From the sequence record NZ_CP145666.1: a stretch of 64,000 nt of DNA. One strand, written 5' to 3'. The notes beneath the pieces were generated by a model. That model saw only the letters and a program-made list of their open reading frames with translations. It was not told the DNA's origin and did no database searches. Below are positions 9,461 through 20,100 of this stretch, one piece after another (the first letter of the stretch is position 1; the number at the start of each line of letters is the position of its first letter). The DNA comes from a plasmid. The position numbers and the translations under genes are program-made.

Positions 9461-11374
9461 ATGGGTATTTATAATTCCCTTCCTATTGTCGCACGTGCAT
9501 TAAGCTCTCAGATTGGTCTTAATGTTTCTGTTGGCGGCAATGAAGCATATGCTACGGAGACTGGTGCTGGTTTTCTTATTAACCTTCCATTCTTCAAGGA
9601 CGCTGAAATGTTGGCAAATCCGTTATTAGGGTATGCCGTACATGAAGCAGCACATATCCGTTTCACTGATTTTGGTGATCTTAAGATATTCATTCAAGAG
9701 CATATGGAGTCGGATAAATACAACGTTGAGGTACTTAGACACCTGGTCAATCTTTGCGAAGATTTGCGCATTGAACGTGCGATGAGTTGTCGCTATCCAG
9801 GTACATTGAAGTATCTCAATTCACTGAATCATTTTTTGTTCAGTGAAGAAGCGGAATCCTGTGATAAAGCTTCATCGGTATTTCTGGATACCCTGCTTAC
9901 TTGTGGTTTGAACCGCTTCAACGGTTTAACTATCCCAACAAAGCAAGTGCGTGAAGACTTTGAACGCATCTTCGGGCTGGAGCTGTACGACAAAGCTATG
10001 ACGGTTATGGCTGAAGCAGTACAAGCAACCTCGATTAAAAAGGTGTTTGAAGTTGCATGTCGGTTATATGACCTCGCAGTAGATGCATTTAACGAAACTA
10101 ATGAGCAAGAAGAACCTCCGCAGGATGATAATCAGGGCGCTGATTATGGTGACAGCAAAGGCGATGACAGTTCGTCAGAGCCGGGCCAGTCATCCGACAG
10201 TTCTGACAAAAATGGGGATGGCCAGACTGTAAGTTCAGGCGGTAATGGCGGCTCGCCGTCATCGTCAGCCGGTCAGAATGGGCCTTCTTCAGATCCTGAT
10301 GGTAATACCGGTGGCGCACCAGATAAAGAACATGGGCAAAACGATAGCGATGATGAAAACGATAACTCATCGTCAACGTCAGCTAATCGTAATACTCCTG
10401 CTTCCGACTCTGGTGACAACAAAGCCGGAGCTTCCCAACCGGGCTCAAATGCTTCGGGTGAAGCTTCTGTCGTTAACATGTCCCAGGGCGGTAAAGACCC
10501 TTTCGAAGGAACCACATCGAATGACCTTGGCCGTACTGGACAGAACACTTCAGATAAGCTCAATCAGTTAATCAAAGACAAAGTACCCCCGCATCAACGT
10601 ATCGTTTCACCTACTCCATATTCAGTAGCACCTGCGAAGCGGCACGATACCGGTAATGCATCCGTAAGTTTAGGGGTGCAGATGGCTACCGGGTTACGCC
10701 AATCACTTCATGGGTTGTTACAGGGTGTAAGAGCGGTGAGAAGAACACATCGTGAAACTGGTCGTAAGCTTGATTCTCGACTGGTTACCAGTGCCATGCT
10801 GGGCAATACGCGTCTTTTTAAACATAAGTCCAAGGCAGTAGATGTCAGTTCTGCTTTTACTATCCTGCTGGACTCTAGCGGGTCAATGAGCCGGTCGGTT
10901 AAAGAGGCTGAAGCCGCTGTTGTATCAATGTTGTATGCGCTCGATGGTATTCAGGGGGTAACTACCTCGGCATACCATTTCCCACACGCCGCACATAATA
11001 GCGTAGGTCTGTTAAAAGGACGGGAGCAAACTTTACGGACAGCTATAGGAACTCATCAGTTTGGTATTGGTACGCAAGGCTGTACTCCTCTTTGCGAATC
11101 GTTATGGCCTGCACTTGCAGACCTGACGTCAGCTAAAGCGGATCGCCATGTATTGGTTATAGCAACTGATGGCCAGCCTGATGATATGGCTTCTGCGCGA
11201 GCGATGATACAAAGCGCTAAAGATGATGACATCATCGTTATTGGCATCGGTTTCGGTGATGCCAGTGACCGCATGATGAAAAGTCTTTTTGGTGATACCG
11301 GTGTTTCTGTCGGTTCTGTTTCTGCCTTACGTAGCAAACTCTTTGAAGTAACCCGTAAAGCTCTCATGTCTTAA
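9461..11374 (+). CDS. von Willebrand factor A domain protein, CobT-like (637 aa) with central low-complexity Ser/Gly/Asp linker
   Basis: C-terminal ILLDSSGSMS (MIDAS DxSxS) ... VIATDGQPDD is typical of a vWA domain; the N-terminal part is helical. Confidence 0.65.
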   Translation: MGIYNSLPIVARALSSQIGLNVSVGGNEAYATETGAGFLINLPFFKDAEMLANPLLGYAVHEAAHIRFTDFGDLKIFIQEHMESDKYNVEVLRHLVNLCEDLRIERAMSCRYPGTLKYLNSLNHFLFSEEAESCDKASSVFLDTLLTCGLNRFNGLTIPTKQVREDFERIFGLELYDKAMTVMAEAVQATSIKKVFEVACRLYDLAVDAFNETNEQEEPPQDDNQGADYGDSKGDDSSSEPGQSSDSSDKNGDGQTVSSGGNGGSPSSSAGQNGPSSDPDGNTGGAPDKEHGQNDSDDENDNSSSTSANRNTPASDSGDNKAGASQPGSNASGEASVVNMSQGGKDPFEGTTSNDLGRTGQNTSDKLNQLIKDKVPPHQRIVSPTPYSVAPAKRHDTGNASVSLGVQMATGLRQSLHGLLQGVRAVRRTHRETGRKLDSRLVTSAMLGNTRLFKHKSKAVDVSSAFTILLDSSGSMSRSVKEAEAAVVSMLYALDGIQGVTTSAYHFPHAAHNSVGLLKGREQTLRTAIGTHQFGIGTQGCTPLCESLWPALADLTSAKADRHVLVIATDGQPDDMASARAMIQSAKDDDIIVIGIGFGDASDRMMKSLFGDTGVSVGSVSALRSKLFEVTRKALMS

Positions 11375-11437
11375 TCTGTATTTTAATTTCCGTTTTAGCT
11401 TTCTAAATTAATTTAATTTATTTTAAAGGTGATCATT

Positions 11438-11938
11438 ATGTCTGCAACCGCAAAATCTAAAGTGGTTCACGAAAATCAACTCTCATTCATGAGTATTTTC
11501 GATGCCACTGAAAGTGAATATGATCTGATATCAGCCGATTCAGAACATAATTATGAACTTCGTTTTTCATCAAAGATGGCTTACGAAATAATTCGGGATA
11601 GTATATATATCATGACTGCATACCGTAGTACTGGTGAGCAGCGTGTGGATGAAATCCTCTGGATTTGTTCGGAAGAAAATCAGGAAGACTTATGTTCATT
11701 TACGAGTTGCTGCAAAATAGCGGGTCTTGATCCATTCGAAACCCGGATGGAAATCCTGCACGAGTGGTCAAGTGAATTGGCAAAACAAGCAAGACTGATT
11801 GCGTGTCATCACTTTACTGCTCCCACTAATATGGAACATGTTGCATCCCAACGTATTGGATACGAAAAATACAGAAAAGCGTTTTATCACACTTATCCTA
11901 AAGAGGCTGCGAAGCCGCTTAAGAATAAACCTCTGTAA
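11438..11938 (+). CDS. hypothetical protein (166 aa)
   Basis: AAGGTGATCATT-ATG module identical to that of the exo gene. Confidence 0.45.
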   Translation: MSATAKSKVVHENQLSFMSIFDATESEYDLISADSEHNYELRFSSKMAYEIIRDSIYIMTAYRSTGEQRVDEILWICSEENQEDLCSFTSCCKIAGLDPFETRMEILHEWSSELAKQARLIACHHFTAPTNMEHVASQRIGYEKYRKAFYHTYPKEAAKPLKNKPL

Positions 11939-11944
11939 TAATAC

Positions 11945-11973
11945 AAACGCTGACTTCGGTCAGCGTTTTTTTC
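11945..11973 (+). terminator. intrinsic terminator
   Basis: AAACGCTGACTTCGGTCAGCGTTT hairpin plus T7. Confidence 0.65.
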
Positions 11974-11993
11974 GTGCCACGCTGGAGACTAAC

Positions 11994-12302
11994 ATGAATA
12001 TTTTAAAACATGACTTCGATAGTTCCTCTGAACTGCTACAAGCGGGTTTATTGCTTAATCAATTGGAGGATCTAATAGGGTTTATTTCCACGAATGAGTT
12101 CAGGAAAACCTCAATCAATCAGTTCATTGAGGTTGAGGCATCTGAACTTATGGTTTTTAACCTATGGCATCCGATGTGTCCCGATATCACTGAGGTTCAT
12201 TTCTTCCGTGATATGGATTCAAATTGGTGGCCATACAAGATTTATGAACTCATGTCTGATATAACCACCCAAACCCAATTCATTCCTCGGGTAAATCAAT
12301 AA
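11994..12302 (+). CDS. hypothetical protein (102 aa)
   Basis: GGAGA SD before ATG 11994, located after the terminator. The longer track ORF from 11799 would read through the terminator. Confidence 0.4.
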   Translation: MNILKHDFDSSSELLQAGLLLNQLEDLIGFISTNEFRKTSINQFIEVEASELMVFNLWHPMCPDITEVHFFRDMDSNWWPYKIYELMSDITTQTQFIPRVNQ

Positions 12303-12312
12303 AGGTGACATC

Positions 12313-12540
12313 ATGATTCATTATTGGGTTAAAGTGAGACCCGGTGAAACAGATATCCTCGCACCTCTTCGTCATGGGGTTCTCGCCATAAAATATTTGG
12401 ATGGAGCGCCATTGCTTTTCCAATGGCCTCCTGAAGAAGGATGGACGTTCGAAACCCTGGATAAAGTACAGCCTTGTGGTGTTGAGTTTGGGGCCGATGC
12501 ATATATTAATGATGTATGGATTGGTACTACAGAATTTTAA
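12313..12540 (+). CDS. hypothetical small protein (75 aa)
   Basis: AAGGTGA SD 5 nt before ATG. Confidence 0.35.
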   Translation: MIHYWVKVRPGETDILAPLRHGVLAIKYLDGAPLLFQWPPEEGWTFETLDKVQPCGVEFGADAYINDVWIGTTEF

Positions 12541-12573
12541 TCTTTAAAGACTGAATGTCTGGAGTCTCATTTA

Positions 12574-12795
12574 ATGGATATCCCATGCATTTTGTTTATA
12601 TCAAATAGTCGGCATTATGTAATTACTGAAGACTCTGTTATCGCTTCATGGCCATCACGTTCTGATAAAGAAAGTGAGATCATTCAGCTTAATGACGGTC
12701 GGATTATTACTGCAAACAATGTACGACGATTTAACTTCATCGACATTTCAAAGATCGAAAGCCTGACGGCGATTGATGATGGAATTGTCTTTTAA
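12574..12795 (+). CDS. hypothetical small protein (73 aa)
   Basis: Open frame in a consistent gene array; weak SD. Confidence 0.3.
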   Translation: MDIPCILFISNSRHYVITEDSVIASWPSRSDKESEIIQLNDGRIITANNVRRFNFIDISKIESLTAIDDGIVF

Positions 12796-12822
12796 CTATA
12801 TAGATTAATAACTGGAGTCTGT

Positions 12823-13083
12823 ATGAGTGGCTGCGCGTTGATAGAGTATAACAACCGCACCGCCAGAATACGCGGTGAAGTTGCACAAGGCGATAAGCAT
12901 TATATTCAGTATGCTCTCGCTCACTGGGCTGTCATTGCAATCAGGATTCGCAATACAGACCATCATTTTACCCGATTGCCGGTTGATGAGTGGATTGAAG
13001 GAATTGCAAAACAAGTAAATCCTTCTGAGGCTCGTGAGCAGATATTTAATGCTCTATTGCGGTGTAAGCCGGGTATCTTCTAA
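12823..13083 (+). CDS. hypothetical small protein (86 aa)
   Basis: GGAG SD before ATG. Confidence 0.35.
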   Translation: MSGCALIEYNNRTARIRGEVAQGDKHYIQYALAHWAVIAIRIRNTDHHFTRLPVDEWIEGIAKQVNPSEAREQIFNALLRCKPGIF

Positions 13084-13107
13084 TTCATTTAATTTATCGA
13101 GGTATAT

Positions 13108-13497
13108 ATGTTTCATTCTGAAACCGAGGATATCTATGGTTTTGTGTCTGGCGATATGTCATTGCGACCTCATTCAATCGATAGAGATTTGCAGGACTTA
13201 AGGTTACTACTCGCCGATATGGATACCATTAATATTCTGAACGAACGAGGGATAGGAACTCAGAAAACCATCTTTCATGTAACACAAAATGAGTCGAAGG
13301 CATTAATGCTGGTTACTCGTTTAACTTACTGCCAAGGTGGTGGACGATTTACTCACCCTGAATGTGCTCTTCTTGTTGAACAGATAACTGATCTAGGACG
13401 TAAGTTGGGTAATAAACATTTCGATGCGGCGATGAATGAAGCAAAACGCTTTATAGCGAATGAGGCTGACTTCATGAAAGAACAAACTGTCTGGTAG
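13108..13497 (+). CDS. hypothetical protein (129 aa)
   Basis: GAGGTATAT-ATG module. Confidence 0.45.
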   Translation: MFHSETEDIYGFVSGDMSLRPHSIDRDLQDLRLLLADMDTINILNERGIGTQKTIFHVTQNESKALMLVTRLTYCQGGGRFTHPECALLVEQITDLGRKLGNKHFDAAMNEAKRFIANEADFMKEQTVW

Positions 13498-13518
13498 AAA
13501 ATTTCTAAGGAGTCACTC

Positions 13519-14040
13519 ATGTATACTTCAACTACTGCTAAATCAGATCATATTGATAGCTTTAATAACGCACAAAACCGTATGTTGATGAATTACGAAC
13601 GTGATGAGTTTGAACAAGCTCCCGCTGCCGTACTTTATGATGCTGTCGGTGCTGTCGTAAACGATGAATCTGATATTGATATAATTTTTCGCCTTATGGA
13701 TATGGAAGGAGAAATGTTGTTTCTCCGCGCAATGAAAAACCTCGGTTGCCAAGAGAATGTTTTTTATTACGCATCTGAATCTGGTGCGGTGCTGACTGCT
13801 AACGATGCAACGTTGCTTGAATTTGCTTATAACCTGGGCAAACATATCAGCAATGAGTTCTTTACGCGTTTCTTGCGTAATTCTCAGTTAGCCCGTGAAC
13901 TCATCGGTAACATCATTCGTATAGGCAACGATGCCCTTAAATTTCCAGATGACGGCCTGAATACAGTATTTGAATGCTGTGTGATGGAGAATTCATCCTG
14001 GAAGAACCAAGGCCATTTTAAAGATAACTTTGGTCTTTAA
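13519..14040 (+). CDS. hypothetical protein (173 aa)
   Basis: AAGGAG SD; last gene before a strong terminator. Confidence 0.45.
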   Translation: MYTSTTAKSDHIDSFNNAQNRMLMNYERDEFEQAPAAVLYDAVGAVVNDESDIDIIFRLMDMEGEMLFLRAMKNLGCQENVFYYASESGAVLTANDATLLEFAYNLGKHISNEFFTRFLRNSQLARELIGNIIRIGNDALKFPDDGLNTVFECCVMENSSWKNQGHFKDNFGL

Positions 14041-14071
14041 AGCATCTAATTCTTTTAATTAGCTAACACAG

Positions 14072-14102
14072 AAAAACCCAGTCTTCGGACTGGGTTTTTT
14101 TG
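14072..14102 (+). terminator. strong intrinsic terminator ending the 1-14 kb gene array
   Basis: AAAAACCCAGTCTTCGGACTGGGTTTTTTT. Confidence 0.75.
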
Positions 14103-14108
14103 TATTTG

Positions 14109-14137
14109 CTGATTTCAAATCATGTAAACAAAACGGA
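14109..14137 (+). promoter_or_regulatory. palindromic box CTGATTTCAAATCAT plus GTAAACAAAACGG upstream of the traF-operon
   Basis: Near-identical palindrome CTGATTTCATAATCAG lies upstream of traN (21040-21055). Confidence 0.4.
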
Positions 14138-14256
14138 TGCACATGAAAATTACTTTTGATTTTTACAGTCAAAACGTTGCCATTTTTGAACTTGTTATTT
14201 TAACCCATATGGCAAACTAATCGTAATGCCGTCCGTATTTCTGATAAGGGAGTTTT

Positions 14257-14595
14257 ATGAAGACACTTAAATGTTCTCATAACAGGGCAATGCTTATGCC
14301 AGCACACAAAATCCCTGCGGTATTAGTTAACGACGACCCTAAGAACATAGTTACTGATGAGCTGTTGCGTAAATATGGAACACGCATGACTCTCGATGAG
14401 GCTTGCTCCGAAATTGGTGTTAAGTCGGATAGTGTAGCCAAACGTATAGGACAGGTCAGATATAGGCATTATGCATTAACTCGCCAACTTGAAAGTGCAA
14501 GGGTCTTTAGTGGAAAAAATAGCTTTTTCTGGACGGAGTCTATCGCAAGAATAATTTCCGAGGGTAATTCCGATGAAATATCAATTTTTAACTAA
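14257..14595 (+). CDS. hypothetical protein (112 aa), possible DNA-binding regulator, first gene of tra operon
   Basis: GGGAG SD; stop overlaps the start of the next gene (ATGA coupling). Confidence 0.35.
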   Translation: MKTLKCSHNRAMLMPAHKIPAVLVNDDPKNIVTDELLRKYGTRMTLDEACSEIGVKSDSVAKRIGQVRYRHYALTRQLESARVFSGKNSFFWTESIARIISEGNSDEISIFN

Positions 14596-15673
14596 AATCA
14601 TTATTCCCCTGCTAGTGGGATTTGCTTTTTCTACCTCAGTTCTTGCGGATGAGGGTAACACCCCAACGTCTCAATCCCCTCAGACCACCAGTGACGACCT
14701 CGCTGGTGGTCAGGCATTTCTGAATGGAAAAGAGGAAGGTTGGTTCTGGCGTAAATCGCCACCTGAGCCAGTGAAGAAAAAGCCAGTGAAGTTACCTCCT
14801 CCGCCGACTTTACCGCCTCAAGAAACGCCTAAACAGGTTGCTCAAACACCTATGGAGTCGACTCCAGAACCTGCCGCAACTGAAAAGCCCGGCCCGGCTC
14901 CGTTCACCGTAGCCTGGTTTAATGAAAACATTCAGAAACTACGCAACCAGGCCATCGACAATCCTACCCAAGAAAACGTTAGGGCATATTTTCTGGCCCA
15001 ACGCATTATGCTGGATAAAGCCAGCCGCTTTACTGATATGGCTAGGTTGGTTACTTCTACCGACCCCCTCATAGATGAGAATAGCCGCCGCTCAACCTCA
15101 ACATTTGGGGCAATGGATCAATCGAATGAAGCTGAAAACAATTCGAGAACGGTCATAAAAGACGTAGCGACAAAAGCAGGATTGTTTTTCTTCTTCCGTG
15201 GGGAAAACTGCTCCATATGCGTAAAGCAAGCTTCTGTTATGAATACGTTTAGTTTCATGACAGACATGAAGGTCATCCCAATTTCACTTGATGGTAAACC
15301 TCTTCCAGGGAATATTTACCCGGACTGGAGGCCTGATTCTGGCCAGGCATCAAAGCTCCAAATATCAAACGCACCTGCGATAGCTCTGGCAATCCCGCCA
15401 TCTACAACACGCATTGTCTCATTTGGGCCTATCAGTGCAGACCAGTTAATTTCAAGAACAGTCCTTATTGCCCACGATGCAGGGATCATTTCTGACCAGC
15501 AATATAAGAGCACCTTGCCATATAACGATACCGGCTATATCGACTCAAACATTCTGAATGACATGCCTAAAGACCTAACTCAACAACCTGATGAGTTTAT
15601 CAAATATATACAAGCTAAAGCTGGCTACGGTTCGACACCTAACCCAAATGCTAATAACCCGGGGGAAAAATGA
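14573..15673 (+). CDS. traF: TraF/TrbB-family thioredoxin-fold conjugal transfer protein (366 aa) with signal peptide, Pro-rich linker and CxxC
   Basis: Signal peptide MKYQFLTKIIIPLLVGFAFSTSVLA; C-terminal FFFFRGENCSICVKQ thioredoxin-like CxxC; gene position before traH-traG. Confidence 0.6.
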   Translation: MKYQFLTKIIIPLLVGFAFSTSVLADEGNTPTSQSPQTTSDDLAGGQAFLNGKEEGWFWRKSPPEPVKKKPVKLPPPPTLPPQETPKQVAQTPMESTPEPAATEKPGPAPFTVAWFNENIQKLRNQAIDNPTQENVRAYFLAQRIMLDKASRFTDMARLVTSTDPLIDENSRRSTSTFGAMDQSNEAENNSRTVIKDVATKAGLFFFFRGENCSICVKQASVMNTFSFMTDMKVIPISLDGKPLPGNIYPDWRPDSGQASKLQISNAPAIALAIPPSTTRIVSFGPISADQLISRTVLIAHDAGIISDQQYKSTLPYNDTGYIDSNILNDMPKDLTQQPDEFIKYIQAKAGYGSTPNPNANNPGEK

Positions 15674-17112
15674 AGATTTCGCGCAACTATAATATAAAGA
15701 ATGTATTCCGTAGAAACATTCTTGCAATTTCTATCTGCCTCTCCGGGTTGACAGCTTTTCAATGCGAGGCCACCAGCATTAGTACTCAGCTAGACAGTAT
15801 GTTCGGCTCTATGTCGAATGTTACAGCTCCCGGTGATTATCAGAGCGTTACACGTGATGGATATACCGGTGGCGGATTTGTTCTACGTAATAAGCTCCGT
15901 ACATTGACACCTATTAGTATTAGTCTCCCTTCTGCGTCGGGAGGATGTGGAGGGATAGACCTTTTCGGCGGGTCATTCTCGTTCATCAACGCTGATCAGT
16001 TCGTCCAGATGCTACGTAATATTGCTTCTAATGCTGCCGGTCTAGCTTTCCAGTTGGCCCTGAACGCTATGGATGCCGTTCTGGATAATGCTATTTCGAA
16101 AATGCAGGCAATCATCCAGCAGATGAACGATCTGACCGCAAATTCGTGTCAGTTAGCGAAGGGGTTGTTAGTCGACACTGCCTCTGCATTTGGTGACAGT
16201 GCAAAGGCTGCTGTATCTTCTCAGCTGTCCTCTGATGGCCTCTCAGACCAATTTAAAGCCATGTGGGGCAATATGGGTGGTGGTAAAGCACCCGACGTAC
16301 AAAAACAAGAGGCAGGGAAAAGAAAGGCATGTGACGATTACGGTAACATTGTGTGGTGTTTGCTCCAGAATGGTAGCTTTAGTAATCAATTCATCGGCTC
16401 CGAAGATGAGCAAAAAGAACTTATTATGTCTATGACCGGCACCATCATCGTCGGTAGCCAGTTGGGTACAGATAAAGATGGGTCAGCTAAAAAGAGTGTG
16501 GTTAGGATTGCTCCACTCGCAACTTCAAATGTCCTGGATTCTTTTATAAATGGTGATGATAGTTTCGATTTCTGGTCTTGTTCAGGTCAGACTAGTACTT
16601 GTGAGAATCCCAAAAAACAGACCAAAATAATTAAAGGTCTCGCTGCCAATATCACACTCTTCTTTATCGATAACGGATATTTGAGCTCGGCCAGAACTGG
16701 TTCAAACCCTGGGGATGCTAAATTACGGCAAGCAAACTACTACAACGTAGCTGGTGCTACCAGTAAAGCGACTCAAATTGCACGTCATGATTTAGCCGCA
16801 TCTTATTCCTATATACGTGAACTATCTCCTGTCATAGCCTATTCAGCTGCTTATAACTACCTCAGCGAAATGCTTACGGCTGCTGCGACCGGCGCACGGC
16901 TCCAGCAGGAAAATGATAAATCGGCGTCAGTTTATTATAAGGATGCTGGAGAGCTAATCGAAAAGGCAAGGCAAAATCTGTATGTCTCCTATAACGCCAT
17001 GATATCCCGTTATGGTGGCGAGGCCCGTATACCTGAATCATTCAGCAACTATATGACAACGCTTCCGCAGGTTCATTATGAATCTGAAGGTTCTCTTGAT
17101 GGCTCGCTCTAA
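15670..17112 (+). CDS. traH: F-type conjugal transfer protein TraH (480 aa)
   Basis: SGGCGGIDLFGGSFSFINADQFVQMLRNIASNAAG matches the conserved TraH motif. Start overlaps the traF stop (ATGA). Confidence 0.8.
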   Translation: MKISRNYNIKNVFRRNILAISICLSGLTAFQCEATSISTQLDSMFGSMSNVTAPGDYQSVTRDGYTGGGFVLRNKLRTLTPISISLPSASGGCGGIDLFGGSFSFINADQFVQMLRNIASNAAGLAFQLALNAMDAVLDNAISKMQAIIQQMNDLTANSCQLAKGLLVDTASAFGDSAKAAVSSQLSSDGLSDQFKAMWGNMGGGKAPDVQKQEAGKRKACDDYGNIVWCLLQNGSFSNQFIGSEDEQKELIMSMTGTIIVGSQLGTDKDGSAKKSVVRIAPLATSNVLDSFINGDDSFDFWSCSGQTSTCENPKKQTKIIKGLAANITLFFIDNGYLSSARTGSNPGDAKLRQANYYNVAGATSKATQIARHDLAASYSYIRELSPVIAYSAAYNYLSEMLTAAATGARLQQENDKSASVYYKDAGELIEKARQNLYVSYNAMISRYGGEARIPESFSNYMTTLPQVHYESEGSLDGSL

Positions 17113-17126
17113 CAAGGTAACTTAAT

Positions 17127-20100
17127 ATGAGTGAATGGAACGTATATACTGTTGGCAACATTGAATTTATTTATAATATATTCAATTCCGTTGCCATGTT
17201 ATTGAATGATGGCACTTACGGATCCTTGTTTAGGATTTCAGCACTCATTGGTGTAATTTGTGTCGTGCTTGCTGCTGCTATATCAGCCGGGAAATCATTA
17301 TCCCTTTCTCATATGTGTGTGGCCGTCGTGATGTATTACCTGTTTTTCAGTGTATCGATGCGCACCAACATTGAAGATGTTACAACGGGTAAGTTTCGTG
17401 CTGTTGATAATGTACCAGCGGGATTAGCCGTTGCCGCATCTGTACTGTCTACTGTTGGGTATGCAACTACCGAGAAGATGGAGCAGGCATTTTCTGTCCC
17501 AAGCATGACTGAGTATGGGTCTCTGGATCCCCTTTTCACTCTGGCCACTTTATACGACACATTGAAAACGCCAATGCGCTGGACGGGTCAAACTGGTGCT
17601 TACGGTGATCTGGACGCAAGCGTTTCAAACTATGTGAAGAACTGCGTAGGCAACGATATTATTCGTGGGTCTAAAACCTTTGCTTCAATGTATCGCTCTA
17701 ATCAAGGTGTATCAGGGCTAGCCTCGAACGATTCCTTCCAGCGGGTTGTTATTTACGACAATGTACGTAGCGGCTGGTCTACCAGTACTGAAGAATCTTC
17801 AAATGGGGGCTCACTTTATACCTGTTCTGACGCGTACACGAAACTTAAAGGACTCGCTACCCAGAACGCTTCTAGCCTGGACTCAGCTTTTGCCAGCTCT
17901 TATACCGCATCCGGGCGCACTTGCGGTGGTGCGCCATGCTCAGGTTCAGGAAAAGCCCAGGAAGTACTGAATTTCTTCAACATAAGTGGCACTGATATTC
18001 GTGATTTCCAATTGATGTTGGTCATGTACCCTCATTTCAGGGAACTGCCAATGTACGGACTCGAAAGCTCATTTCGTGGTACTGCTGCTGTAACTCGCGC
18101 CCAAACCATGACTCAACAGGCATTCCAATGGTCTTCTTCTGGTTCATCATTCTTGAGCTGGATGGGTTCATTTATGCCGATTTTCCAGGGAATAATATAC
18201 GCACTCGCACCATTTATGGCCTTCCTTTTCGGTCTGGGTATTATGGGTTTGCGACTGGTGATGAAGTACTTCCTCGTTATCATCTGGACATGGACTTGGC
18301 TTCCCCTCGCAGCGGTCGTCAACATGTATGTGTTAAACAGTATCCGTGATACGTCAAGCCAAATTCTTGTCAGTTCGGGTTCTGGCGGACTTAGCTTTGC
18401 TCAGCTTTATCAGCTCCTGTTTGAGACTCAAAAAAGTATAGGTCTTGCTGGTAATTTATACGCGATGATCCCGGCCCTGGGTGGATTCATTGTCTGGGGC
18501 AGTTCTGTTGCCTTTAACTCTCTTGCAAGCTCAGCAGCAGCACCTTCAGCTGCCGATACTAAAACTCTCGCACCTGATGTCACCAACGCTCCTGCGATAA
18601 ACAGTCGTGGTTCCGATGTTGAATTTAACCCAACACAAGGAACTATCATGGGTGGGTCTTCTGGCACTCTCCCTGCCATTGACATGAAAAAGGTCGCTAC
18701 TCACAACCTGTCCAGCGCTAAGCAAGAACTAGATTCAGCATCCAGTTCCTTGACTGCCCAATCTGGAGCAATGATTAGCCAGGTGGCCAGTAACATGAAT
18801 TCTGGTGGACATTCGCAAGTTTATAGTGACGCTTCCAATGCAGCATTTGCCAGCCTGAGCAGCTCAGATCGTGCCCTTGTCAGTTCTGTGGCTAAAGAAC
18901 AAGGTATTTCTGATATGCAGGCGCTTGTCTCTATCGCCAAAGGTGATGTGAGTGTCGGTGGCGGTGCGGGAAGTTCAAGTGCTGGTGTTGGTGTTAAAGG
19001 TGGAATGTCACGTTCAGAGGCAGAAAGCAGTGGCCTGAGTAATGACAACAGTGCTAAGTACGGTTCTACAGACAGCGCCTCGTCGCACAAAATAGACAGT
19101 GCGACCCAGTCACGCATCGTCAATACCGCAGCAAGTGCGATGTACCAGTCCTTATCGCAAGAAGGTGAGAGTTCTCAATCGACTCGTTCTTTTGCTGAGG
19201 CAAATCAAAGAATGCAGTCCGCACAAAAGAACTTCCAGGAAGCAAACTCCTTCGTTTCAAGTACCTCAATGGGCCAGACAATGAATGCTGCGCAACTTGC
19301 TACAGCCATTGGTCGTAATCATGATGCACAAGCAACATTGACTCAAACCCTCGCGGCGCACCCGGAACTGTCCAGCAAAATCGCCGGTGATGCAGCGAGC
19401 CTGACCTCTTTAGGTATGACTCACGAAGACGCGCATACCTTTGCTCAATTCAAAGCAGCCAGTGAACTTGGTGTTGCCGGTGCAGTAGCTGCCAAAGCCG
19501 GGTTCATTAACGCTGATTCCAGCCCAGTACTGACGACAACTGCATCTGAGCAATACCGTGGCGTGAGTGGTGGAGCTGAAAGCGCTGGTGGCCGCGCAGT
19601 TGCTGGTGCAGCGGACGTTGGCAACTCCGTTAATGCAGTAACAGGCCGATCTTACGGAGCGCTTGGTGAAGCACATGCGTCATCGTCTGATGGTTATGGG
19701 CAAGGCCAGGTTAATACTGTCGGGGGACAGAATAGCGGTGCAGTTGAGCAAATTCACAAGGGAAATGAGGGTGAAGTCATGACGAAAGCGGGTAACACCG
19801 CCGCAAATGATTTCGAAAACAACCACTATAATCTTGGCGGTATTACTGGCGATTTTAATAAACTCGTTTCTCATGTCAGTAATGCGTTCAAAGAAAGCCC
19901 GGTATATGAACAGGTACATGATCAGGCCAGAACCATCGCTGGGGAAATTCCGCTTGGTGGAGATGCAAACCGCGAAGCGGCGCGAGATTCTATTGTGAAC
20001 TACTACGCCATGACTAAAGCTGGAGCGTCTGAGCAACAACTTTCCCAGGCCCGCAGTGACATGATGGCACGTATTCAACTCGCGACGGGTGGTGAAAATG

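Noticed and set aside
10098-10571. ORFs 10098-10376 (-), 10245-10571 (+) and 10273-10563 (-) inside the vWA gene
   Set aside because: They fall in the GC-rich Ser/Gly/Asp linker of the 9461-11374 CDS. They are shadow frames of a compositionally biased segment with no start signals.
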